From: Cenococcum geophilum
Lineage: Eukaryota
Reading direction: 5' to 3'
DNA: 64,000 nucleotides
NCBI GenBank assembly: GCA_050273025.1
Contig: CP158635.1
Span: 4,340,001-4,404,000, forward strand
Of this stretch, positions 25,207 to 38,228 are shown piece after piece. How positions within the stretch are numbered: the stretch's first letter is position 1; each line of letters opens with the position of its first letter. The notes beneath the pieces are model-generated. The model was not told the DNA's origin and ran no database searches. It worked only from the letters and a program-made list of their open reading frames with translations. A program made the position numbers and the translations under genes.

Positions 25207-28200
25207 TGTTACGGTGCTGTAATAAAGTAGACTAAATAACTACATTGTGATATAAAGAGGAGAAGAAGGTAAAAGGGGGTATTGTATATAAATAGTAGGG
25301 CCAGCCGCTAAGGCACTAGTAGTAGGCTAGCTAATGATAGGAAATAGTATAAGATAGTATAAAACAGTATAAAACAGTATATATTAGGTTAGTACCGTAA
25401 CAGTACTCCCCTTCTTAGAAGGTTTGGTCCCTAAACTAAATAAATAACTTATTTTTACTATAAAGATATTACTTCCGCTTACTGCTTTTAACTAAGCTAG
25501 TAGAAATTTTCTATACTGGGTATAGAAAATCCTAATTAGTTAGTTTAATAAATAAAGTTAGTAGAACTCTATACCGCCATTATATAGCACTTCTTAGTAA
25601 AAAACCAACTAATTAGATAACTTTAACTAGCAGTTAAAGTTCTATAAAATCTTAACTACCATAAATTATCTTTATGGTTGGCTACGGTTTTAGTATAACT
25701 TTTTCTTATCTTATACCTAGTTTGGAGGTTCTGGCTTCTTAGGATATTATTTATAAAACTTTAGTAGTACGCGCTTATACCCTTTTAGGGATTTCTTAGG
25801 TTTCTAAGTTTCCTTATTATAATACTTCTACTTAATATAATATATTAAGCCGTACTTATCTATTTTTTTATTATATATATTAAGGATCTTTTTAAATTTC
25901 TACTTATCCGTAATATTGCCGTTATTATCCCTTTTAACTATCCCATCTATAATATTATAACGTTTCTTTTTATTAATATATACTTAACTAGAAATCTCTT
26001 TAGGGAACTAAAGGCAGACTTTTAAAGTATAAAAAGACTTATTAATACAGATGTGGTCCGGGAGGTTAACTATAACTACTTCTTTATAGGTAGCTAGGAC
26101 GGGCTAGGGTCCGTTCTAGTTATTATCCTACTTTCTCTTAGGCCGGTTAGTCTTTATATTTTTAAGGCTAACTATAACTATATTATCCTTTTTAAATATT
26201 ATACCCTTATCTTGTTTTATATTAGCGTTATTTTTATAATATTGCTAGGAGATATAAGCTAGGGCCTTAAGCTAGGTTAGGATGCGCTTAAAGTGGTTAG
26301 TAATAGTATTAGCTTATAGGTACTCCTTTTTTTATATATATAGACAGAGCTAATAGCTAGAGGCCTAATGGTTTAATACCTAGACGTAGGTTATAGTTAT
26401 AGTTGGTAAAGAACGGTAAGATTCCCGTGGTTTTATTAACTTAGTTATTTATAGTAAACTTGGCAAGGGGGAGCCAATCTACTTAGTTATCTTAGGTAAA
26501 GCTTATAAAGGCACGTAAGTACTTATTTATTGCTGCGTTAATAATCTTAGTTTAACTATTTATTTTAGGGTGCTATACGGAGCTAGGGCTTAGGGTTACT
26601 TTTAGGCGCTAGTTTAGGCAATGCTAGAAGTTAGAAATAATGGTATTTAGAGCGCCGTATAACTTATAGATAGTGTAAATAAATGCTTTAATAAGCTCCT
26701 TAGTATTTAGGCTAGTAATAGGAATAAAGTGTCTTATTTTTATTAGGCGGTTAATAATAATAAAGATATATTTATATATTTTGCCGTTATAAAGGCACTT
26801 AGGTAGATTAATAACATAGTTAATAGAGATATTGGTTTATAGGCAGACTAGTAGTTCTAGTAGTTTTAAGAAACTAGGTGGTGCTAAGTATAGGGTTTTT
26901 ATATAGAAGTAGAGAGCGCAGTCTCTTATAAAGGTAGCCGTGAACTATAAAATACCTAGCTACTAATACGTTTAATTAAGGAGGTTTAGTGTTTTAACGC
27001 GGCTTAGGTGACCTATAGTATATAACTTCTAGTTAGAGTTTAGGTAAATTAGGGATAAATACTTAATTCCTATAGTAGATTAGGCCGTTAATAATTAAAT
27101 ATTTGGATTTATTATAGTGGAGCAGCTTCCTAATCTACTTGGGCTAATAGTATACTTTATAGTCTTCCTATTCGCATAGCGTAGCTAATATATTCTTAGC
27201 AAGTTTATTCTTTATATAGGTATTCTTAATAAGCTCCTTAAGGGTTTTTTTTAGGCTTTGGGTTTATTACTATAATAAAGTCTTTAATATTCTAGTCTTA
27301 GGATTTGCTTAATAGCTCTTCTAGGATAGTAGGGTTAACTTTTTTTAGTAGTAAGATAACGCGGTCTTGGTGTCGTAGACGTTTATTATTAGTATTAGCA
27401 GGTATAACGCCTAGAAGGCGGCTAAGAGCGTCTAGGATTGTGGCTTTAGTGCTAGGCCTATAAGTAATAATAAAGTTAAATTAGGAAAGGAACTTAGCCT
27501 AGCGGACCTAGCGCTAGTTTAATTATTTTATTATTGTTGGGAATAAAGGCAAGTGGTCACTATATAAGGCATATTGCCATTACGTATAGCAAGTTACCGT
27601 TACATGCGGCAAGTTGCCGTCACGTGCCGCCGCGGCACTAGCGTGGTGAGGAACCTTAAGTTCCTCACCCCTTTCTTCAAGAAGAAAGAAGAATAATAAT
27701 TATTATACTATCTACGAACCGTAGCTACGTGATATTACCTTATATAACTAACACTAATTAGTGGTTAACTTCACTGTTATACTATAGAGCAGCTAGGTAT
27801 TCCACCAAGAAGAGACGAGCTACTGTACTAGTGCTACTTATGCTAGAGGAAGCTATTTTTTAAGGTTAGAACTGGTCCTAAACCTTAAATAGAACTCTTC
27901 TATAAATCTAAGGATCTAAAGGCTAGAACTAGTCCTAAGCCTTTCTAAGATTACGGATTCTTGCGTCTATTACATAGAATAATACGCTTTATAAGTCTTT
28001 GTAATTTAAGGCTAGAACTGGTTCTAAGCCCTATAATCGCAAATACACGTTATAAACGCGTACTAAACGATAAACGCGTACTAAATAATAAATATATATC
28101 ACAAACGCGTACTAAATGATAATCCCTATACTAATAACACTTCCCTCCCTCCGAAAACATGGCTACGCCTACTTTAAATAACTAGAAAGACTCCTTACTA

Positions 28201-31200
28201 CTAGGGGTAGCTAAGTACGCGAAACTTATTAATAAAGATTAGGACGAATTCGCCTTTAATATAATAACTTATACCATAAAATAAGTTAACGGCTTTCTCC
28301 TATACTATATTATATTTTACCGAAATAGATATTACGCTAATTCATAACTATAGGAGTATTTTAGGGAGGATTTTATAGGATAGACTGCTGATACCTAGGT
28401 ACTTAGCAACGTTAATATTGTTTAGGATTTTTAAGACTTCCTCTATAAAAATGGGGTATATATTACTAAGAACGGTAACCTAATTACTAGTAATATTTAG
28501 GCTGTTATTACTAGTATAGAAGAACTAATATAGACGGAAGCTAAAATTATATGTTAACTATGGAAACCTAAAAACAACCTATATTCTTTAGAAGGCAACT
28601 TTAATTCGTATTAAAACCCCTAGAACGCTGACCCCCTACCTAAAGCTGCTCTCCTACCTAGAGGTACTCTCCTACTTAGAGTTACTCCGCCTCTACCTCC
28701 TCCACTTTAACCAACCGGTAAGCCTTTACTAAGAGAAGTTATAAATCTAATGAAGGTATATTCGGACGAAGAGAAAAAGTTTAGAGGAGAACTATATAAT
28801 ATACTTAGAGCAAAACTATAGGTCTTTTATAACTGTTATAATAAGGTTAGAATTTAACGCTACTAGTACTATTACGCTTTCTCTATTATATTAAAGGAAC
28901 GGGCAGCAATATTCTATTACAACTATATTGCGGGTAAAAACTATAACTTTAATATAATGCTTTAGCTTACTAAAGCCCACTTTAAAACTAATAAGAATTG
29001 CTAACTTTATATATCTAAATAGCGGGAGACTACGTTCTAGAGAGTTATTACTTCTAACCTAACAAAGACTCGTTTAGAGTGCCTTTAACTACTCTTTAAT
29101 AAACTCTAAAAAATCCAATGTGGCCTTACTAAAACTTACTAAAATAAGAACAGCCTAAGGGACTAGGTTATCTTAGCATGCCATAGCATTCCTAAGTGTA
29201 ACTTGGCGCTATATAAACCTATAAACACGTTTAAAGGAGTATATACTAAGCTACGCTCCACTATAGGTACTATAATGCGAATATAAGAATCTTAACAGCT
29301 TTATACTAAAAATCCTACCTAACCAAGTATTCCTAACCAATAATTATAACTAGACTAATCGAATATATAGTGGCCGTAGTAGGGAATACGGAAGAGGGTA
29401 TAATTAATATTAACTATAAGGTAATTATAGAGGTCCTTATAGAGGTTTATTTTAAAGTAATTACTAGAAAAAGTGCTATGTTTATAAGAAGCCAAATTAC
29501 TAGTTAACTAGACACTCCCTTAATAAGCGAAAAGAGGCATATAATAAGTTCCGTCAGAGTATAAGAAATATTAGAAATTGTAAGGTTACTACGGCCTACT
29601 TCTAAAGCTTCCTAGTTTAATATAAAGGCGTAGAAGATCTTAAGGGTAAGGTTAATAAGGTTAAACAGCTCCTTATAAATATAGAAATTAAGGACTACTT
29701 ACCTAACCAATACTTTACTAAGTATAGTAAGGTAAATGGCATATAAACTATCGCTATTCTTAATAACTAATCTACGCTCCACTCTATTATAAAGTTAGAT
29801 ATCTTTAACGAGCCAAGGAAGAGTTCCACGTTCTCCTTTAACAATAGATACTTAGCAAATGTCTTTTATAGTATTATGCCAGATATAGGAGCCATAGGAG
29901 TATCTACAGTAGGAGAACCTTAAGTTTAAGCCCTTTAGCAGCTTAATAGCTCTATTTAGATTAACTATTTAACGGCAGGCCAACACACAATTCATTTTAG
30001 TAAGGGTACTATGATCTCTCTTAGCACAATTAGGGTCCAAACCCCCTTAGGATATATTACTTTCCACATTATTCCCACAAACACTCCGTTTCTATTCTGC
30101 ATTAAAGATATAGATAAATTAGGTATTAAGCTTAACAACCTTAAGAATATGCTTGTGTAGGGAGATAATTAGGTGCCTATTATACGCAAGTAGGGTTACC
30201 CTTAGCTGCTCCTTTAATAACCAAAAAAGAGTATTGCTTAGAGCCATTTAACTAAGTTAGAGTTACGTTAACTATACTATTATTTTAGCCACCTATCCGT
30301 TCATTAATTGCTTAGGGTTCTTTAGCGAGCAGGCCATAAAGTTAAGGTTAAGGCAATTAAGCATCTTATAAAGTACTGCTATTACTACCAAATAAACCAA
30401 AAGTCCCCTAGCCGATTTAAGTTTACCCTTAAGAATAACTACAACTTTAACTTCTATATTATCATTAACGTTATATATCTTAGCGGCAAGCCAGTACTCT
30501 AAGTTATTAACTTCTTAACCTTCTTCTAAGCCGCACGATTTTTAAAGAATATATTAGCTAGGAACGCATAGGATACCCTTTAGTTATACTAGATTAATAT
30601 CTATTTAGGACCCCCTAATCAAATCATCTATAACGTAAGAAAGAATTTTTTATCTATAGAGTTCCAATAATAGATAAAGGCAATAGCAATTAAGGTTAAG
30701 GAAGTCCCCGTTAAGGCATATAATAGTATTAGAAAAGTAGAGCAATATTACGCGCCATTATACCACGCATATAAAATTATCTCTTTAAAACTAAAGGACG
30801 CTAGCGAAGAACTTACCTTATAAATAGCTATTAAAGCTATTAATAATTCCGCTAGCCTAGATAGACTCGTACCTATATTACTAGTCTTTAGCGCCTACCC
30901 TTAAATAACTAACGATTCTCTATTATCTCCCTCCGTTATATAATAAGCTAAGGCTATTTACAAGATAATAAAGAAGGTGCGATATCTCTACGCCACACGC
31001 CAGGTCAATGACGTACTAGGAATAAGAAATAGCCTAAATACCTTAACTACACTCGATCTGCCGCTCTAGTCTAAAGTACATATATAGCGTAAAAAGGAAG
31101 GATAGTTAGGCCTATACTAACTTATTATAATTAATGGTTAAACTTATACTATTTAGATGCCTTACTAACCCACTTAATTCCGTTCAACTATTATTAAGCC

Positions 31201-34200
31201 TTACTATAAAGATAATAATTCTAAGCCCTTATAGGATGCCCTAGAAGATGCCTTAGAGGAGAACTATAATTAACATGCCCTAAAAGGCGACTATAATCCT
31301 AATATAATTATAGCAGCAGATATACCACAACTATGACGCGGTAAAGGTCGCCCGAAGGGATCACAAAATCGCCAACATCTTATTAATTTTAAAGAACAAT
31401 TTATTGCTGCTATTAAGAATAAAGTCGAGTTATTAATGGCCTTTATAACAGCTAAAGAGAAGGCTGACTTTAAGCTCGCAAAATAGCTTTAAAAGGAAGG
31501 TTATATTATAACCCTAGGAGCTCCTTTCCAAGCATCTAATAAGTAGGAGATTAACGGTCTTATTATAAGAGGAGTCTTTAAATTCGAGAAGTATAACCCT
31601 ACTAAGTTTAATAGAGTTCGCATCTTTAAGTTAAGAATAGTTAATAAGATTAAGGGTAAAGCTACTAACGCCTTATTTAAAAAATTAAGGCTTATTATTT
31701 AAGGTTACAACGATAATAGTAAAGAAGTAATTCTTACGCAATCTCCTATAATTTAACGAGCTAGTTAATAAGTTATTATCGCATTAGCTCCCTCCTTAAT
31801 AAAGAATAGAATAGCGGTCTATTTACGAGATATCACCTAGGCCTATACCCAATTAGAGACGCACCTTTAGCGCTTAATATTAGCACACCTTCTAGAGCAA
31901 ATTCGCCACTAGTATCCTAAAGATATAATTATAGTTATGCTTAAGCCATTATATAAAATCGCAGAGGTAGGAACTTACTAGTAGGCTACCTATAGCAAGC
32001 ACTATAAAGAGAAGCTTTTAATAACTACTTCTATATTTAATCCCTACTTCCTTATTACAACCACAGGAACCCTATTCGGAATCATTAGTATATAAACTAA
32101 TAATATAATTATCTTAGGAGACAACCAATTCTTAGCTCTTAAAGAGGATAAGCTAGTAAAAGTAAATCTTATAGCAAAGCCAAAGGAAAAGCTTAATTTA
32201 ACAACACTATTACTTTTTAATAGATGCATCCTCTCCCTAAATAAGGATTCTATTGCTTTACGCCAGAAGGGTTAAGGTAAGAAGATTAACATTATTAACG
32301 TTAATTCCCTAAAGTAAGGATATATGGAGTAACGCGCTCGCGGAGCTTATATTACTTCTATTTATTAACCTAAGGCTTTATTTAATCTCTCCGTTGCCGC
32401 CTAATACTAGAAACTAACTAAGAACGATATTCTTACCCTAAATAAACGTCTTTCCCAGTAAATAAACCATCTCGATTAGGGACTACTCTACGTACCTATT
32501 AATCTTACTACCGCTAAGCTCTTTATATTTATTAATAGATCGTTTATAAATAATAAAGATTTTAGCTCCCAGTTAAGATATAAGATTATTATTACAAACA
32601 AATTTACTAGAGAGAATGACTTTATAATCTATAGCAATCTTATCTATTAGAGCTTAACTAAGAGCAAGCACATCACCCGAAGTGTTTTAGCGTTAGAGAT
32701 ATATAAAATAGTTAGCGGAGTTAATATAGCAATTATAATTAGAACTACCCTAAAGATAATTATAGATTAACTCAAACTTCCTATTATCTCTATAATCGTA
32801 TACACCAACTTATATTCCCTCTATAAGTATTTAGTTAAGCTTAGTACTATAAAGGAAAAGCGCCTTATAATCGATATTATGGTACTTTAGTAATCCTATA
32901 AGCGTTAAGAACTCTTTAAGATTTAATAGATTAATAGTTAAGATAACCTAGTAGATGCGATAATAAAGGCGAACCCAAATAAGGCACTAGAGACGTTTAT
33001 TAATATAAATACTCTACATATATAAGTTAAAGGTTGGGTTAAAAGGGAGTCCCTAGAAATTTCTTAATTACGTAAGGTCTTAAGATATCCAGAAACTTTA
33101 ACCGGCGGTTAAAGTTGTCTAATTAGTTAAATTCTGTAGACCCTAACTTAACCCAGCCAATTAGGATTTTCCATCCCCGGGATAGAAAATCGCTATTAGC
33201 CCGCTTACTACTAGCGCCTTAGCGGCCCTCCGAACACAATATCTACCTACGACTCCTAAGTAAGAAGGCACCATATACTAAAAGGCAAATTTTGGGACAG
33301 CGAGACTTATATTATAATAGCAATAGTAAGTAAGGAGGATTAATATTTATTACGCTAGTCAAGCGGTATATATATATAGATAGCAACTATAAAAGAAGAA
33401 TTGCTAGTGTTAGGAATAAAGGTAAGTAGTTACTATATAAGGCATATTGCCATCACGTATAGCAAGTTGCCGTTACGTACGGCAAGTTGCCATTACGTGC
33501 CGCCGCGGCACTAGCGTAGTAAGGAACCTTAAGTTCCTCACCCCTTTCTTTAAGAAGAAAGAAGAACAACAATTATCATACTATCTACGAACCGTAGCTA
33601 CGTGATATCACCTTGTGTAACCAACAATTATTATAAAGGTTTGGAGGTTCTTATGGTCCGTAATAATTTTAAACGGCTGCTTAGTTCCTTATAGTTTAGG
33701 GCGCTATTTTTTTAGTGCCTTAACAATTGCTAGGAGCTCTTTATTATATATTTTATAGTTATAATTAGGGGCTAAGTACTTAGTAAAGAAGAATGTAACT
33801 GGCTTAAGCTTATTACTTTTATTAGCTTAATAAAGCACTCTACCTAAAGCCTAGTTTAAGGCGTCTATATCTACTATAGTCTTCTTTATATAGTTATAAT
33901 ACGCTAGGACTAGTGTTATAGTAAACGCTGTTTTTAGGGTCTAGAACGCCTGTATTTAGTTAGGGCCCTATAACTAGCTAATGCTCTTCTTTAGTAGCCT
34001 AGTTATAGGCTCAACTACCTTAGAGTAGCCTTAGATAAATTATTAGTAGAAGTTCGCAAAGCTAAGAAATTGCTATAGTTCCTTAACTAATGTTAGGTTC
34101 TTCTATCTCTATAAGGCCTATACCTTCTTAGGGTCTATAGTTATGCTATTAGTTAAGATAATTAAGCTAAGGTGTTTTGTTTTAGTAGTATAAAACTTAG

Positions 34201-37200
34201 ACTTATTAATATTAATCTAGAGTCTAGCATTACTAAGCCTCTAAATAATTTTATTTATATATTTTATATGCTTAGCGCGTGTTTTTAAAAAGATAAGGAC
34301 ATTATTAAGATACGCAGTATAGTAGTTATTAAGGGCGTTATATAGAATATAGTTAATATAGTTTTAAAATATAGTGGGTGCGTTATAGAGACTAAATAGT
34401 ATAACTAATATTTTATAGAGCCTAAACTAGGTAATAAATGCTATAAGCCACTTATAGCCTTCCGCGATCCGGATTTAGTTAAACATAGTAATTATATTAA
34501 GCTTAGTAAAGTACTTAACACTATAAAGTGTATTAAGTATCTTATAGACTAGTAGTAATGAATACCAATTCTTAACAATAACTATATTTAGGCCTTAGTA
34601 GTTATAGTAGATTTATATACTACCGCTAGGTTTTATAGTAAGGAGGAGTAGTACAGTAGCTAGTAAGATTAATTTATGGATAAAACCCTTATCTAGTATC
34701 TTATTAATCCACTTCTTTATATAACTAAGTTTAGTAGGTAAGAGTGGTCTATTTTTATAATATAGGGCCTACTTTTTAAGTATAATCTTAATTTTATAGT
34801 CCTATAGTTCGTAAGGGGGTAGCCTATTTATATTCTTAGGGAGGAAGTATTTAATATATTCGCAAAACTCTTTTAGTAAGCGTTATAAAATATCTTTATA
34901 GGTTAATCCTAGTTTACCTTTTAGAAATTTCTTAATATTAGTATTAACTATCTTTCGGCGTAGAGACTTAGACTTTATTTTTAGGTTTATCTTAAGAAAG
35001 TTATAAAAATAAGGGGGTAGCGCTTTGCGGGCTTCGTCTATTATATAGTTGCCTTCTATTAGCTAGTGGAAAGACCTTTTTAATAGGTTTGGTACTTCTA
35101 TTAGGCCTATAGGCAGCTCCTTAAGCAGCTATTAATGCTTTTCTTATTTAACTAGTTCTACTAGCTTTACTATATAAATCCTTATTACTTTTATATCTTT
35201 TTATTTATAGAACTAGGTATAATTAATAGTATAAGTATATTTAATATCGTCTAGATTAGGGCGTATTTAGTTCTCTAGTGCTATAGCTAGGCTAATACGG
35301 CTTAGTTGGCCTAGGGGGGCGGAAATAAGGTAGCGGCTTTATACGGTACACGCGGGAGACGGGTATAAGGTTAGGTATTATAGGGGGGAGGTCTTAATTA
35401 CTCTGGTTTTGGTCTTGGCTGTAACGCCCTTAGCTATTATATATGCGGTCGTATATACGTATAGTAAATAACTTAGGGTTAGGTGTCTTGTTAGTTAACT
35501 TAGGTTAAATAGGTATATATAGGGGACTTATAGTTCTAGTAGTGTTTATTTTTTTAGAGGATAAGGTAGTGGTTTAGTCTTCTAGAATCTCTACTTAGTT
35601 TACTGTATATATTAGCTTACTAGTATTAGGCACTTCCTTTACTGTTAGCTAATAGTATCTAAGCGTTAGCTATATAATACGTCCGTATAATGCTACTTAG
35701 TTATAGTTGGGAATGTGCTATAGGAGATAGTTATAGGTATAGTAATTAGAGTTAAACTTAAGCTCTAGGGCGGGGAAGTCTGCCCTTAGGTTGTGCTTTT
35801 TAAGCTAGGGTATTCTAAGAATTACTAGTATAGAGGGTAATAACTTTATAATATAAAAGAGTATAGATTCTATATAGTAGTTAATTGTTATTATTGCTAT
35901 AAAGTAGTGGGTAATAAACCTGGATAGGAGTCTATTAGTAAGGCGGAGTGGTTTTAAGACTAGGAGTTTTTTTATTATAATATTGTGCTTTTTTATAAGC
36001 GAGTCTTTATCTATAAACGCTAGTGCTATACTACTAGTATTAATAAGGCTTACTGTTTTAATAAGAACTTATAGGAGTAGGTTATATAGTAAGGAGAGGT
36101 AGGTTTAAATAAGGATAGTATTCCTATTGCTATTTACTATTTTAAGGTTAAATAATAGCTAGCTTAAAATAAGGTTTAACTAATCTAGTAGTATAGATCT
36201 AATCCTTTTATCCTTCTCCCTATATAGTTCTAACCCTTAAAGGCGACTTAGTTTAAGGGTTGGCCTTTTAATAGCTAAATTATAGGGCTTAGCTGGTGGC
36301 TGTAGTCTTAGCTAGTATATCCTAATATATCGGTCTCTAACGGTATATATGTGCTAAAGGGTACTTTACTAATAATACGGCCGGTCTTATAATTGGTAGT
36401 AGTATAGAGCATTTATCTATAGTTTATGTATAGGACTATCGGCTAAGGCTATATTAGGGAAGGGAATTATAGGGGTAGGTCTCTATATCCAAACCTACGT
36501 TTCTATTTATAGTTACTGCCTTAATTACTATTCCCTCTATTAAAGAATCTGCCGCGGCTAGAAGGGGGTTAGTGTGGTAGTATTAGAAGGGGATTTAGGT
36601 TCTTTTAGGGGTTATAAGTATCTTTTTAGTGGCTGTGTTAACTATACGCTATATAGAGTTTGTTATCCATATAATATCTTTAGACGTTATTAGGGAGACT
36701 ATTACTACTACTGTTAAACTTAACGGCGTTAAGGCCTATTAGGTCATTCTATAGTAATATAGGTTAATAGCCGCTAGCGGTACTTAGCTTAGCGGTATTT
36801 AGCTTAGTATAATAGGTATAGTTCTATAGGTTATAAGCGAATATATCTATCTACTCGCTCTAGCCTTTATAGTTAGTATTACCAATCTTACGGCTAAGGG
36901 TAAAGGCTAGGTCCTTTATCTTAGAGGAAATATTCTTCTTAAGTAGATCTACTTTTTGTTTCTTAGTCTTGTTTACTTTAATTATTAACTTATTAAGCTT
37001 TAATTTTTAGGACTAGTAGTTATACTCCACTTTGCTTAAGGTATTTAGCTTATTTTTAGCTGCTTAGGTTATATTTATAGTCTTATAGTGCTTCCTTATA
37101 TATACAAATATAGACTCTTAGTTAGAGAAGGTCTATTTACTTAAGTTATTTAGGTGTATACGTAGTATATTAAGGCTATGCTTAATATAGTTATAAGCTT

Positions 37201-38228
37201 TATCTATTAGCATGTCTAATATATAGAGGACTTCGTTTATTGGGGTCTTAAAGCACTTTATATCCCTCTAGAAAACGCCTTAGATCTTTATATCCTATAT
37301 TTTAAAATTTTCTTACTTTTTAGTTGGTGATCCCTTGCTATTAAATAGGGTTAAATCTTTTACTTTACGCTTTTTTCTATAGAGCTTAGTTAGAAAAGAA
37401 GAGCTAGTAGTAGTGTTCTTATTGGTAATAGTCTAGGTAAGTATAGTAATCTAAAGGCTTAGACTTTATATAGTCTGAGTATTTATAAAGGCTTGCTGTT
37501 TATATTATTATATATATAGTTTAAGCGTTTTAAGGGAGTTAATTCTGTGCTAAGCTTCTTTAAGTTAAGACTTTATAGTTTGGCCTTTATTATAGATGGC
37601 TTAGAGACCGCTTTTAATGCTAGTTAGGAAAGTTATATATATAGAGAGGTACTGGAAGGTTCCTGCTATATTAAGGTCCTTAGGGTACTTTAGGCTACTT
37701 CTAATTGCCTAGGTAATATAGGTATAGAAGGTATTAAAAAGGCAGGTAAGTGCTTTGCGTGTGTTCGCTAATAGGGTATTATTTATATTATAGTCGCCTA
37801 TTTTAAGGGATCTGTATAAGGCAATTAAAGTTTATAAGGCTAGCTATAGTACTAAGATTATTTATAACTGTATTGGGTTTGTCTAGAACTTATAGTATAG
37901 TATTATTAGCTGCGCCAGGTTATAATTATACTAGGAAAACAAAAATAATAGATTAGGAAAAAATAAAGGTTGTAATAGGGCGCAATTAGGAATACTATAA
38001 ACTGTTATGGTGCTGTAATAAAGTAGAATAAATAACTACGTTATGGTATAAAGAGAAGAAGAAGGTAAAAGGGGGTATTGTATATAAATAGTAGGGCCAG
38101 CCGCTAAGGCGCTAGTAGTGGGCTAGCTAATAGTAGGAAATAGTATAAGATAGTACGAGATAGTACGAGATAGTATAAGATAGTACGAGATAGTATAAAA
38201 TAGTATACGTTAGGTTAGTGCTGTAACA
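25207..38228 (-). mobile_element. Full-length chromodomain Gypsy C (RIPped), 3' LTR 25207-25402 and 5' LTR 38003-38228
   Basis: TG...CA LTRs, TSD CTTAA (25202-25206 and 38229-38233), PPT at about 25405-25415. AYL(DD)V at about 34285, integrase at about 26400-27010, chromodomain at about 25760-25900. Confidence 0.95.
27535..33626 (+). mobile_element. Full-length Copia D of the fungal GalEa type (RIPped), LTRs 27535-27753 and 33408-33626
   Basis: 219-bp LTRs, TSD ATTAT. Domain order gag(CCHC-like)-PR(DTGA)-IN-RT-RH; RT motif reads QT(DD). A palindrome CACTAATTAGTG (de-RIP CACTGATCAGTG) sits at the LTR junction in place of a tRNA PBS, like the GalEa conserved hairpin site. Confidence 0.92.
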
